Source of the DNA: an uncultured Actinomycetota bacterium
GTDB taxonomy: Bacteria > Actinomycetota > Actinomycetes > Mycobacteriales > Jatrophihabitantaceae
Direction of reading: 5' to 3'
NCBI GenBank assembly: GCA_963757455.1
Contig: CAVWSE010000002.1
Coordinates: forward strand, 64,974 to 128,973
Length of the DNA stretch: 64,000 bases
Position 1 is the stretch's first letter; every line of letters begins with the position of its first letter. The notes under the pieces were generated by a model. It saw only the letters and a list, made by a program, of their open reading frames with translations, had not been told where the DNA came from and did not search any database. Positions 9,857-19,267 of this stretch are shown here, piece by piece. The translations under genes were made by a program, and so were the position numbers.

Positions 9857-10673
9857 ACATCCGTCCGATGATCGCGTCCATGGCGCGGTCCGGAAGCACC
9901 TTGCGGGCGCGAACGATCGTTCCTGCAGACCGGCCAACGGGATAGCGGGCCTTCGGGTGCCGCGTCGACGCCGCCTTCGCGATCTTGCGCGCCACGACGT
10001 CGGGTCCGGACGACCGGCTCGGCCGGTCGGCCTGTTCGAGGACGTGTGTCACGGCTACCGCCCGGTCGGCGTATGCAGTGCCGGCCGAGGTCGCGCGCAG
10101 GTTGTCGCGCGCGATCGTGTTCCACTCGGTGCGGATCGGTCCGGGTTCGATGATGACCACGTCGATGCCGAACGGACGCAGTTCGATGCGCAGACTGTCG
10201 CTCAGGCCCTCGACCGCGAACTTCGTCGCGTGGTACCAGGCGCCGAGCGGCTCGTAGATCTTGCCGCCGATCGACGAGATGTTGATGATCCGGCCACTCC
10301 CCTGCGCGCGCATGTGCGGCGTGACGAGCTGCACCAGCCGGGCGAGGCCGAAGATGTTGACCTCGAACTGGCGCCTGGCCTCGTCGATCGGGACGTCCTC
10401 CACCGCGCCGTAGGAGCCGTAGCCCGCGTTGTTGACGAGGACGTCGATGCGTCCCTGCTCGCCGATGATGCGCTCGACGCCGGCCACCACCGACGCGTCA
10501 TCGGTGACATCCATGCTGAACGTGTGGACACCGGCCTTCTGCAGCGCGGCCATCGGCTCGGTGCGTCGCGCTACGGCGTACACGACGAATCCGTCGGCCA
10601 GCAGGGCGCGAGCGGTGGCCTCGCCGATTCCCGACGACGCACCCGTCACGAGCGCAACCTTCGACGGCATCAT
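9849..10673 (-). CDS. Short-chain dehydrogenase/reductase (SDR)
   Basis: Motifs TGASSGIG, NNAG, YHATKFAV. Confidence 0.85.
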   Translation of the reverse strand: MMPSKVALVTGASSGIGEATARALLADGFVVYAVARRTEPMAALQKAGVHTFSMDVTDDASVVAGVERIIGEQGRIDVLVNNAGYGSYGAVEDVPIDEARRQFEVNIFGLARLVQLVTPHMRAQGSGRIINISSIGGKIYEPLGAWYHATKFAVEGLSDSLRIELRPFGIDVVIIEPGPIRTEWNTIARDNLRATSAGTAYADRAVAVTHVLEQADRPSRSSGPDVVARKIAKAASTRHPKARYPVGRSAGTIVRARKVLPDRAMDAIIGRMFS

Positions 10674-10698
10674 GTTCTCCTGTCTCGTGGTGATCTGA

Positions 10699-12042
10699 TC
10701 AGCGTGTCTCGACGTCGCGCAACGCGATCTTGACGTCGACGATCGGTGTGCCGTCCAGGGCTTCGAGCGCGTCGACGCCGACCCGGCTGGCGTCGATCGT
10801 TGTCACGCGGACGGTGTGCAGCCCGATCGGGTTCGGCCGGTCGGGCGACCGCGTCGCGAACACCCCGGTCAGCGCGCGGCTCGCGTCGCCGCGCGGGTGG
10901 ACGGCGCGCACCGCGCGGTCGGCGCGGTCGAACCAGGTCAGGACGACGATCGCATCGCCGACCTGCAGACCGGCCAGCGCGTCGGTCACCGCGGCGTCGA
11001 GTACGAGTACGGCCGGCGGCGCACCCTCGTCCGGCTGGCGTGGCGCCGAGGCCAGGTCGGTGAGCGACGACTCGACGCGACCGATCGGATGCACGTCCAC
11101 CTGGTCGATCGCCTGCGCGAACCGCGTCGCGAGTTTTGCGACAGCGCGCTGCAACTCTTGCGGCGCGACCACGGTGAAGTCGCCGGGTACGGCCGCGAGC
11201 TGTTCTGCGTACCACCCGGGATTGCCCGTGCTGCCGCGCAGTACGCACGACCGTTCGCCAGTAGGTTCGAGTCGGCCGAGCATGCGCGGGACGCACGGTG
11301 CGACGTCGGCGAACGGTGCCGCGATGCGTACCTCGACGTCGTAGGTCCAGCCGTCCGCGAGATGGTCTTCGACCTCGCGCACGGGATCGAGGTCGACCGG
11401 ACGCTCGAAGGTCTCCCCCGTCGGTGTCACCCTGACGATCCGGTCCAGCCGGAGAACGCGGCGCGCATCGGCGCCGTCCATCCGGCCGAGCAGATACCAG
11501 CGGCCGTGACGCACCACGACGGCCCATGGATCGAGCACGAACTCGCTGCCCGTGCGGTAGTCGATGCGCACCTGCTCCCCTGCCTCGCACGCCTGCGCGA
11601 TCGTCGCGGTCAGTTCGGGGTCAGGCATCGCGGCGGCGTCGCTCGGGTTCTGCGCCTGGACGCGCCGCATCGCCTCGGCGGGCGCGGCCGCCGAGGCGGG
11701 CAGGACGCGCATGATCTTGCCCAGCGCCGACGCGGCCGGATGATCAGCCTCGACCGTCCCGTGCCAGCCCTGCAGCACGGCCATCACGAGCCCGAGCGCT
11801 TCGGCCGTGCTGAAGGTCAGCGGCGGGATGCGCGCGCCGCGTCCGATGCGGTACCCGCCGTACGGGCCGCTCGTCGACTCGACGGGGATGCCGGCCTCGC
11901 GCAGGATCCCGACGTAGCGCCGGGCCGCGCGGTCGGTCACGCCGAGTCGCGACGCCAGCCGCTCGCCGGAGATCCCGGGCACCTGCTGGATCGCCTCGAG
12001 GGCGACCAGCGCGCGTCCGGTGGGGCTGCCGATATCGGTCAT
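10699..12042 (-). CDS. HTH-WYL transcriptional regulator fused to a C-terminal TsaA/TrmO(YaeB)-like domain
   Basis: ATG at 12042. HTH motif ISGERLASRLGVTDRAARRYVGILREAGIPV. WYL motif VRIDYRTG...WAVVVRHGRWYLLG. C-terminal 130 aa (10699-11097): PIGRVESS...APRQP...GVFATRSPDRPNPIGL...LDGTPIVDVK, which is TsaA-like. Confidence 0.75.
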   Translation of the reverse strand: MTDIGSPTGRALVALEAIQQVPGISGERLASRLGVTDRAARRYVGILREAGIPVESTSGPYGGYRIGRGARIPPLTFSTAEALGLVMAVLQGWHGTVEADHPAASALGKIMRVLPASAAAPAEAMRRVQAQNPSDAAAMPDPELTATIAQACEAGEQVRIDYRTGSEFVLDPWAVVVRHGRWYLLGRMDGADARRVLRLDRIVRVTPTGETFERPVDLDPVREVEDHLADGWTYDVEVRIAAPFADVAPCVPRMLGRLEPTGERSCVLRGSTGNPGWYAEQLAAVPGDFTVVAPQELQRAVAKLATRFAQAIDQVDVHPIGRVESSLTDLASAPRQPDEGAPPAVLVLDAAVTDALAGLQVGDAIVVLTWFDRADRAVRAVHPRGDASRALTGVFATRSPDRPNPIGLHTVRVTTIDASRVGVDALEALDGTPIVDVKIALRDVETR

Positions 12043-12099
12043 GAAGATCGTCCCGGTCGAGGTAGCGATTCGTCCGCGACCCACCGTAGCGTCGGCGCC

Positions 12100-12405
12100 A
12101 TGCCGCCGGTCGATGTCGCGCTCAACTTCACCGCCGAGGTCTGGTACTGGCGCGGGCCGTCGCCGTTCTACTTCGTGTCGGTGCCCGAGGAGCACTGCGC
12201 GCCGATCCAGGACGTCGCGAACGAGGTCACCTACGGCTGGGGCATGATCCCCGCGACGGTGACGGTCGGCGACACCACGTGGCCGACCGCGCTGTGGCCG
12301 AAGAACGGCACCTACGTCGTCCCGCTCAAGGCGTGGGTGCGCAAGGCCGAGGGCATCGAGGACGGCGAGACGATCGAAGTAGAGCTGGTCGTCGGCGCGC
12401 CCTAG
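12100..12405 (+). CDS. DUF1905 family protein
   Basis: ATG at 12100. Sequence FTAEVWYWRGPSPFYFVSVPEE...YGWGMIPATVTVGDTTWPTALWPKNGTYVVPLK. Divergent from the WYL regulator. Confidence 0.7.
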   Translation: MPPVDVALNFTAEVWYWRGPSPFYFVSVPEEHCAPIQDVANEVTYGWGMIPATVTVGDTTWPTALWPKNGTYVVPLKAWVRKAEGIEDGETIEVELVVGAP

Positions 12406-12773
12406 CCGGCCGTGCGGTGCTCGACGAGCCCGACGAGATTTCCCTCGCTGTCACGGACGAAGGCCTGCCACTCGTCCGTCCCGGCCGGGCCGAGCGTGTC
12501 GTCGGCATGGCTGAAGATCACGTGTGGCTCGCTGTCGACCGCCACCCCGTGTTCGCGCAGTCGGGCAAGTGTCGCCTCGATGTCGTCGACGGCGAGGTAG
12601 AGCAGCGCCTGCGGCGCCGCCCGATCCAGCATTAGCCGCACGCCGTCCAGGTCGAAGAACACCAGGCCGGGCGGGTCGTACGTTGCGCTCGGTGTGACGG
12701 CGAGCAGGTCGGCGTAGAAGGACGCCGCCCGGTCGAGGTCGTCGGCATGCTGGGCCACCTGGACGAGTCGCAT
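12402..12773 (-). CDS. VOC/glyoxalase family protein
   Basis: 123 aa. Motifs DLDRAASFYADLL and FVRDSEGNLVGLVE. Confidence 0.7.
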   Translation of the reverse strand: MRLVQVAQHADDLDRAASFYADLLAVTPSATYDPPGLVFFDLDGVRLMLDRAAPQALLYLAVDDIEATLARLREHGVAVDSEPHVIFSHADDTLGPAGTDEWQAFVRDSEGNLVGLVEHRTAG

Positions 12774-12844
12774 GTGCTCACACTTTCACAGCCTGCGTGC
12801 TGCCGGCTGCGGCCGCCGGAGCGAATCATCAATTTCCCCGGACT

Positions 12845-12856
12845 TATTTGCAAATA
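12845..12856. promoter_or_regulatory. Perfect 12-bp palindrome TATTTGCAAATA in an AT-rich island. Candidate operator of the ArsR-like regulator.
   Basis: TATTTGCAAATA is followed by two more TTTGCA copies (ATTTGCATAA, CTTTGCATTC) within 40 nt, ending just before the ATG at 12884. GC drops sharply against the roughly 70% background. Confidence 0.55.
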
Positions 12857-12883
12857 GTAATTTGCATAAGTAGCTTTGCATTC

Positions 12884-13477
12884 ATGACGACGCAGCTCGA
12901 GCTGGACGGCACGTCCCTCAAGGCGATGGCCCATCCCCTGCGCGTGCAGATCCTGCGCATCCTCGAACTGCGCCGCCGCGCCAGCGTGACGAGCCTGGCC
13001 GACGAGCTCGGCGAGACGACCGGCGCGACCAGCTACCACTTGCGCCAGCTCGCGCAGCACGGCTTCGTCGAGCAGTTCGTGCCCGACGACGAACCGACTG
13101 AGGGAAAGCGTTCGGCAGGCCGCAAGCAACGCTGGTGGCGCATGGCCGTCGACGAGATCCACATGACGGGGTTGGACTTCCTCGAGAACGCCGACACCCG
13201 TGAAGCGGCCGGCTTCCTGTTGCGCGAGTACCAGTCCGACCGCAGCCGGCGCCTGGCCAACTGGTTCTCGACCGCCACCCAGTGGCCGGCGCAGTGGCAG
13301 AAGGCGTCGAGCGACATGGACGGTCACCTGGACCTGTCCCCCGCGCAGGCACGCGCCCTCGCCGACGAGATGCGCGTGCTGGTCGACAAGTACCGCGCGC
13401 TCAAGCCCGGACGCGGGGCGCGCCCCGTCGACGTCCAGTATGCGGTCTTCCCCGCCGACACGGGGTCGATCCCGTGA
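12884..13477 (+). CDS. ArsR-like winged-helix transcriptional regulator
   Basis: ATG at 12884. Sequence LKAMAHPLRVQILRILELRRRASVTSLADELGETTGATSYHLRQLAQHGFV. Confidence 0.75.
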   Translation: MTTQLELDGTSLKAMAHPLRVQILRILELRRRASVTSLADELGETTGATSYHLRQLAQHGFVEQFVPDDEPTEGKRSAGRKQRWWRMAVDEIHMTGLDFLENADTREAAGFLLREYQSDRSRRLANWFSTATQWPAQWQKASSDMDGHLDLSPAQARALADEMRVLVDKYRALKPGRGARPVDVQYAVFPADTGSIP

Positions 13478-14715
13478 CTGCGCTGCCCGGCGCGTTCTGG
13501 CGGCTGTACGCGAGCGGCACGACGTCCAACCTCGCCGACGGCATCGGCCGCACCGCCCTGCCGCTGCTCGGCGCGACGTACACGCGCAACCCGATTCTGG
13601 TGTCCGGTCTGATCTCGTTCGCGTTCCTGCCGTGGCTGCTGTTCGCGCTACCCAGCGGTGCGCTCGTCGACCGAACGGATCGCCGTGTCGCGCTCGCCTG
13701 CGCGAACCTCGTCCGCGCCGCGGCCGTTGGTGCGTTGGCCGTGTTCGTCATGACCGGCACCGGCTCGATCGTCATCGTGTACGTCGCGTCGTTCCTCATC
13801 GGCCTGGCCGAGACGGTCTACGACAGTGCGACCCGCGCGATCCTGCCGCAGGTGATCGGCACGAGCGGGCTCGATCGGGCCAACGGCTTGATCACCGTCG
13901 AGGAGACGCTCGGGCAGACCTTCGTCGGCGCGCCGCTCGGCTCGGCATTGTTTGCGCTCACGGCGACGCTGCCGTTCGCACTCGACTCCGGTGGGTTCGC
14001 CCTTGCCGCCCTCATCCTGTTGACGTTGCGGGGCAATTACCGTCCGGTTCGCGACGAGCACGTCGGATCGATCGCCGCCGACGTCCGGACCGGAGTGCGC
14101 TGGCTCCTGCACCATCGGTTCCTGCGCGAGCTGACAGCAGTGTCGGCCGTGAGCGCGTTGTGCGGCAGCATGATCTCCGGCGTGCTCGTGCTGTACACCC
14201 TCGAGACGCTGCACCTGCCGGCCGGCGACTTCGGACTCATCCTGCTGGCGGCCGGCGCCGGTGGCCTGCTCGGCGGTGCGACCACCGACCGGCTCGCGCG
14301 ACACTTCGGTCGAGGTGCGGTACTCGTTGCCGGTGGCATCCTCACCGGCCTCACCACGATCGCGATGGGGCTCACGGACAACGGCTACGTCGGCGCCATC
14401 GCCTTCGGGCTGTCGGGCATCGGCGTGATGTTCTGGAACGTCTTGACGATGTCGCTACGCCAGTCGCTGATTCCGCAACACCTGTTCGGACGCGTGCAGG
14501 GCGGTTACCGAACGGTCGTGTGGGGATGCATGCCCCTCGGCGCGCTGATCGGCGGCGTGATCGCGCGGGTCGTCTCGATCCCCGCCGTCCTGGTCGTGGC
14601 CGGCGTCGGATTGACTGCGACCGGGTTGTGGCTGGTGCGGGTGGTCGTCGTCCACCGCGACGTGTTCACCCGCGACCCTGCCGACGCGGAACTCAGCCCG
14701 TCAGGTGTTTCGTGA
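13474..14715 (+). CDS. MFS transporter
   Basis: GTG at 13474 overlaps the regulator's TGA (GTGA). There are 12 predicted hydrophobic segments, and the ALVDRTDRR motif follows TM2. Confidence 0.8.
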   Translation: MTALPGAFWRLYASGTTSNLADGIGRTALPLLGATYTRNPILVSGLISFAFLPWLLFALPSGALVDRTDRRVALACANLVRAAAVGALAVFVMTGTGSIVIVYVASFLIGLAETVYDSATRAILPQVIGTSGLDRANGLITVEETLGQTFVGAPLGSALFALTATLPFALDSGGFALAALILLTLRGNYRPVRDEHVGSIAADVRTGVRWLLHHRFLRELTAVSAVSALCGSMISGVLVLYTLETLHLPAGDFGLILLAAGAGGLLGGATTDRLARHFGRGAVLVAGGILTGLTTIAMGLTDNGYVGAIAFGLSGIGVMFWNVLTMSLRQSLIPQHLFGRVQGGYRTVVWGCMPLGALIGGVIARVVSIPAVLVVAGVGLTATGLWLVRVVVVHRDVFTRDPADAELSPSGVS

Positions 14716-15485
14716 TCGCCTCGACGACCTCGTCTCGACGCTCCCACCAGAACAGATGGCCGGCGTCCGGCAGCGGATGCATCGTCGCGTCCGGGATCAG
14801 CGACGCGATCACTTCGTTGTTGGCGTAGAGCACCATCTCGTCGACCGTTCCCGCCATGACCAGTGTTGGTGCGGCTACCGCCGGCAGCCTGGTCGATGTG
14901 TCGTGGACGAACGCCGCCTGGGCCTGACGCAGCACGACCGGCACCGGGACGCGGGCAGCCAGTGCGATGTCGTGGAACTCGCGCCAGTGTGCGTCGTCGG
15001 CGGCCCAGGTCGGCGACAGGTTCGCCTCGAATCCGGCACGCAACGCGGCGCTCGATGTCGCCGGAGTTCATCGCGGTCATCATCCGCATCGGACCGGGCG
15101 CCATCGGATTGGTGCGCGGACCACCGCAGTAGGTGCAGCCGAGCACGAGTCGGCGTACGCGCTCGGGGTGGTTGACCACGAGCTCCTGCGCGACCATCCC
15201 GCCCATCGAGATCCCGAACACGTGCGCGCTATCCCAGCCGACCGCATCGAGCACGGCGACGGCGTCCTGCGCGAGCTCGGCGATCGTGAACGGGCCTGGG
15301 ACGTCGGTGCTGTCGCCGATGCCGCGCTGGTCGTAAGCGACGATGTCGAACGAGCCCTCGAGCGCGGCAAGGAAGTCTTCGCGCCACAGGCCGATATGGC
15401 CCGCCATGCCCATGATCAGCAGCAGTGGCTCGCCGCTGCCGCGACGGACGTAAGACAGTTGGCGATCACCGAGGTCTGCGTGCAC
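14693..15485 (-). pseudogene. Alpha/beta hydrolase with one frame break (about 15055)
   Basis: The N-terminal part (ORF 14505..15485) is good up to MTAMNSGDIE, with nucleophile elbow GISMGG. The C-terminal part continues in ORF 14693..15043 (AALRAGFEANLSPTW...DAGHLFWWE). Total length is 793 nt = 3n+1. Confidence 0.75.
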
Positions 15486-15494
15486 GCGCAGAAC

Positions 15495-16649
15495 CTACAG
15501 CCTCTCGATGATCGTGACGTTCGCCTGGCCGCCGCCCTCGCACATCGTCTGCAGGCCGTAGCGGCCACCGGTGCGCTCGAGTTCGTTCAGCAGCGTGGCC
15601 ATCAGCTTCGTACCAGTCGCACCGATCGGGTGACCCAACGCGATCGCGCCACCGTTCACATTCACCTTCGCGAGATCTGCCTTCATGTCCTTGGCCCATG
15701 CGAGCACGACGGAGGCGAACGCCTCGTTGATCTCGATCAGGTCGATGTCGTCGAGGCTCAACCCGGTGCGCTCGAGTGCGTACTGCGTCGCGCGGATCGG
15801 TGCGGTGAGCATGAAGACCGGGTCGTCGCCGCGCACCGACAGATGGTGCACGCGAGCCCGCGGGGTGAGGCCGAAGCGCTGCACGGCTGACTCAGAGGCG
15901 ATCAACATGGCGCTGGCCGCGTCGGAGATCTGTGACGACACCGCGGCAGTGATACGGCCGCCATCGCGCAGCGTCGCGAGCGTTGCCATCTTTTCCAGGG
16001 ACGTGTCGGCGCGGGGGCCCTCGTCCGTGGTCATGTCGCCGAACGGAACGATCTCGTTCTCGAACCGACCGGCCTCGATCGCGGCGAGCGCGCGACGGTG
16101 GCTCTCGAGGGCGTACTGCTCCATCTGCTCGCGCGTGATGTCCCACGTCTCGGCGATCATGTCGGCGGAGCGGAACTGCGACACCTCTTGGTCGCCGTAG
16201 CGCTTGTCCCACCCGGTCGATCCGGCGAAGGGCGTGCGGAAGCCGAACTGTTCGCCGACCACCATCGCCGACGCGATCGGGATCGCGCTCATGTTCTGCA
16301 CACCGCCGGCCACGACGAGATCGGCCGTCCCACTCAGCACTGCCTGGGCGGCGAAGTGCACCGCCTGCTGCGACGAGCCGCACTGCCGGTCGACGGTCAC
16401 TCCGGGAACGTGGTCGCCGTAGCCCGTGCACAACCACGCGGTGCGGGCGATGTCGCCCGCCTGCGGGCCGATCGTGTCGATGCAGCCGAACACGACGTCG
16501 TCGACGGCGTCGGGGTCGACGTTCGGATTGCGGTCGAAGAGGGCCGTGATCACGTGCGCACCGAGGTCGGCCGGATGCACCTCGGACAGCGCGCCACGGC
16601 GACGTCCGACCGGCGTGCGTACCGCGTCGACGAGAAATGCTTCGGCCAC
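15495..16649 (-). CDS. fadA6: Steroid ring C/D thiolase (acetyl-CoA acyltransferase), FadA6-like
   Basis: 384-aa thiolase with motifs VDRQCGSSQQA, NVNGGAIALGHPIGATG, CEGGGQA. Lies immediately downstream of kstR2, as Rv3556c/Rv3557c do in M. tuberculosis. Confidence 0.8.
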   Translation of the reverse strand: MAEAFLVDAVRTPVGRRRGALSEVHPADLGAHVITALFDRNPNVDPDAVDDVVFGCIDTIGPQAGDIARTAWLCTGYGDHVPGVTVDRQCGSSQQAVHFAAQAVLSGTADLVVAGGVQNMSAIPIASAMVVGEQFGFRTPFAGSTGWDKRYGDQEVSQFRSADMIAETWDITREQMEQYALESHRRALAAIEAGRFENEIVPFGDMTTDEGPRADTSLEKMATLATLRDGGRITAAVSSQISDAASAMLIASESAVQRFGLTPRARVHHLSVRGDDPVFMLTAPIRATQYALERTGLSLDDIDLIEINEAFASVVLAWAKDMKADLAKVNVNGGAIALGHPIGATGTKLMATLLNELERTGGRYGLQTMCEGGGQANVTIIERL

Positions 16650-16655
16650 GATTTC

Positions 16656-17264
16656 CTACTTCCGTTCGTTCGGCGCTCCACGCGCCGCGATGCCGTCGAG
16701 GACGATTGACAGGTACTGCTGCGCGATCACGTCGATCGTGATGGCACCGCCTGGCCGGTACCAGCCGACGCCGACCCACACGGTGTCGCGCAGGAAGCGG
16801 TAGGCGAGTTCGACGTCGAGGTCGTCGCGGAAGCTGCCCTCGGCGACGCCCGCGCCGAGCACGTCGTGCCAGAGCGTGCGGAACTCGACGAGCCGATCGC
16901 GGATGTAGCCGAAGCGCGGCTCGGCCGCGAGGTGTCGCGCTTCGGCCTGGTAGATCGCGACGGCCGCGTTGTGCTGGTCGATCGCTTCGAACGACGCGAC
17001 GACGACGGCTTCGAGCGTTGCCCGCGGCCCGAGTTCCTGCGCGACGATCGCGCGGTAGCGATGGAACAGGTCGTCGAGGAAGTTGCGCAGGATCTCGTCG
17101 ACCATCGACTCCTTCGAGTCGAAGTGGTGATACAGGCTGCCGGACAAAATGCCGGCGGCGTCGGCGATGTCACGCACGGTCGTCGCGCGCAACCCACGTT
17201 CGGCGAACAGTTGCGCGGCGATTGCCAGCAGTTCGGCGCGGCGCGCCTTGGCGGTGGTGGTCAT
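16656..17264 (-). CDS. kstR2: TetR-family repressor KstR2
   Basis: Sequence LFAERGLRATTVRDIADAAGILSGSLYHHFDSKESMVDEIL...RFLRDTVWVGVGWYRPGG closely recalls Rv3557c. Its ATG overlaps the stop of the upstream SDR (ATGA). Confidence 0.85.
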   Translation of the reverse strand: MTTTAKARRAELLAIAAQLFAERGLRATTVRDIADAAGILSGSLYHHFDSKESMVDEILRNFLDDLFHRYRAIVAQELGPRATLEAVVVASFEAIDQHNAAVAIYQAEARHLAAEPRFGYIRDRLVEFRTLWHDVLGAGVAEGSFRDDLDVELAYRFLRDTVWVGVGWYRPGGAITIDVIAQQYLSIVLDGIAARGAPNERK

Positions 17265-18046
17265 GGATGTTGGCTGCTTACTGAGACGACCTCACCGGTG
17301 AGGTAGGACGAGTAGTCGCTGGCGAGGAAGACCATGACGTTGGCGACCTCCCATGGTTCTGCGTAGCGGCCGAACGCCTCGCGCTCGGTGAGGTGCTCGA
17401 GCAGTTCCTCGCTCGTGACCTTCACCAGGTGCGGGTGCATCGCGAGGCTTGGCGACACGGCGTTGACGCGGATGTTGTGGGCGGCCGCGTCGAGTGCGGC
17501 GCAGCGGGTCAGCGCCATGACGCCGGCTTTGGCGGCGGCGTAGTGCGCCTGGCCTTCCTGGGCCCGCCAGCCGATGACGGACGCGTTGTTCACGACCGCT
17601 CCCCCGCTCCCCTGCGCGGCCATCTGTCGCAGGGCCGCGCGTGTGCAGCGGAATGTGCCGTTGAGAGTCACGTCGAGTACGCGCGTCCATTCCTCGTCGG
17701 TCATGTCGAGGACCGACTTCGTGCCGCCGAGACCGGCGTTGTTGATCATCACGTCGAGGCGTCCGAATGTGTCGACGGCGTGGGCGATCAGTGCGTTCAC
17801 GTCGTCCTCGACGGTGACGTCGCAGTGTTGGGCGCTCACTTCGCCGAGCGGTTTCAGCGCGTCGAGTGTTTCGCCGAGCCGGCGTTCGTGGGTGTCGCTG
17901 AGGACGACGCGGGCACCTTCTTCGAGGCAGCGCTTTGCGGCTGCCATGCCGATGCCGGCGCCGGCGCTCGCGGTGACGACGACGGTCTTTCCGGCGAGCA
18001 GCTCGTGCCCGGCGACGTAGGGCGGGGCGGTGACAGAGGTACTCAT
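17261..18046 (-). CDS. SDR oxidoreductase of the KstR2 block (Rv3559c/IpdF-like position)
   Basis: ATG at 18046 (MSTSVTAPPY) overlaps the fadE30 stop. Motifs TASAGAGIG, NNAG, YAAAKAG. Confidence 0.75.
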   Translation of the reverse strand: MSTSVTAPPYVAGHELLAGKTVVVTASAGAGIGMAAAKRCLEEGARVVLSDTHERRLGETLDALKPLGEVSAQHCDVTVEDDVNALIAHAVDTFGRLDVMINNAGLGGTKSVLDMTDEEWTRVLDVTLNGTFRCTRAALRQMAAQGSGGAVVNNASVIGWRAQEGQAHYAAAKAGVMALTRCAALDAAAHNIRVNAVSPSLAMHPHLVKVTSEELLEHLTEREAFGRYAEPWEVANVMVFLASDYSSYLTGEVVSVSSQHP

Positions 18047-19215
18047 ACTCGTGCTTCTCTGGGCAGGCCGAGCTCGCGCTCGGCGATGATGGTGCGCTGC
18101 ACCTCGTCCGAACCGCCGTAGATCGTGTCGGCGCGGCTGAACAGGTACAAGCGCTGCCACGGGTCGAGATCGCCGTCGCGCTCGACCATGCCGGCCGGTC
18201 CTCGGATCTGCATCGCGAGCTCGCCGAGGTCGCGATGCCAATGCGCCCAGAGCAACTTCGCCACGGATGCCTCGGTGCCTGCGACCCCGCCTGACTGCAA
18301 CGTGCGCAGTGCGTGCGCACGCATGACCTCGAGCCGTACGAACGAACGGGTCAGCCGGTCGCGCACGACCGGGTCATCGATGGTGTCGTTGTCGCGAGCC
18401 AGTTGCACGAGTGCATCGAGCTCGCGTCGGAAGCCGACCTGCTGGCCCAGCGTTGCCACGCCACGCTCGAACGCGAGCGTGCCCATAGCGACGCGCCAGC
18501 CGTCGCCGACGTCGCCGACCACGAGATCGACAGCGGTGTGCGCTTGGTCGAAGAAGACCTCGTTGAACTCGGACGTGCCGGTGAGCTGCACGATCGGACG
18601 GATCTCGACACCCGGCTGTTTCATCGGCACGAGCAGGTAGGAGAGCCCGTGGTGCCCCTTGGCGCCGGGCTCGGTGCGGGCCAGCACGAAGCACCAGTCG
18701 GCCAGGTGTGCGAGCGAGGTCCAGACCTTCTGGCCGGTGATCGACCACTGGTCGCCCTCGAGGGTCGCGGTGGTCGCGACGGCCGCCAGGTCGGAACCGG
18801 CGCCCGGCTCGGAATAGCCCTGGCACCACAGCTCGTCCAATGACTTGATCCTCGGTAGGAAGCGGCTTTGCTGCTCGGGCGTCCCGAACGCGATCAGGGT
18901 CGGGCCGAGCAGCTCCTCGCCCAGATGATTGACCCGATGCGGGGCGTCGGCGCGCGCGTACTCCTCGTGGAAGATCACCTGTTGCGCTGTCGTGGCACCG
19001 CGCCCGCCGTGCTCGACCGGCCAGCCCAGACACGTCCAGCCCGCAGCGGACAGGTGCTTGTCCCAGTCGAGCCGCTCGTCGAAGGCTTCGTGTTCGCGAC
19101 CTGGGCCGCCGAGTCCCCGCAGCCCGGCGAATTCACCGGTCAGGTTGTCGGCCAGCCACTCGCGCACCTCGCACCGGAACCGCGCATCGGCGTCGCCGTG
19201 CTGGTCGGCCGTCAT
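18043..19215 (-). CDS. fadE30: Acyl-CoA dehydrogenase FadE30-like
   Basis: 390-aa ACAD with motifs YSEPGAGSDLA and GGSDEVQRTIIAERELGLP. Divergent from fadD3, as in Rv3560c/Rv3561. Confidence 0.8.
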   Translation of the reverse strand: MTADQHGDADARFRCEVREWLADNLTGEFAGLRGLGGPGREHEAFDERLDWDKHLSAAGWTCLGWPVEHGGRGATTAQQVIFHEEYARADAPHRVNHLGEELLGPTLIAFGTPEQQSRFLPRIKSLDELWCQGYSEPGAGSDLAAVATTATLEGDQWSITGQKVWTSLAHLADWCFVLARTEPGAKGHHGLSYLLVPMKQPGVEIRPIVQLTGTSEFNEVFFDQAHTAVDLVVGDVGDGWRVAMGTLAFERGVATLGQQVGFRRELDALVQLARDNDTIDDPVVRDRLTRSFVRLEVMRAHALRTLQSGGVAGTEASVAKLLWAHWHRDLGELAMQIRGPAGMVERDGDLDPWQRLYLFSRADTIYGGSDEVQRTIIAERELGLPREARV

Positions 19216-19231
19216 GGCGGTAGGCTACCCT

Positions 19232-19245
19232 ACCAAGCGTTTGCT
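19232..19245. promoter_or_regulatory. KstR2 operator (ACCAAGCGTTTGCT)
   Basis: Matches the published KstR2 motif AnCAAGnnCTTGnT at all fixed positions but one. Lies inside the 20-bp near-palindrome TACCAAGCGTTTGCTAGGTA in the 52-nt fadE30/fadD3 intergenic region. Confidence 0.75.
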
Positions 19246-19267
19246 AGGTAGCTGAGGAGCCGTTCGC

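Noticed and set aside
10816-12405. Very long ORFs in the track that run antisense to, or extend upstream of, recognisable genes. Examples are 10816..12405, 8009..8419, 24422..26146, 44236..46266, 59380..60828, 36144..37376 and 27840..29015.
   Set aside because: Their translations are Arg/Ala/Gly/Pro-rich and low in complexity, and they mirror well-supported genes on the other strand. This is the usual stop-codon depletion of a roughly 70% GC genome. Only the terminal parts with real family signatures were kept, for example DUF1905 at 12100-12405 and the amidase from 8420.
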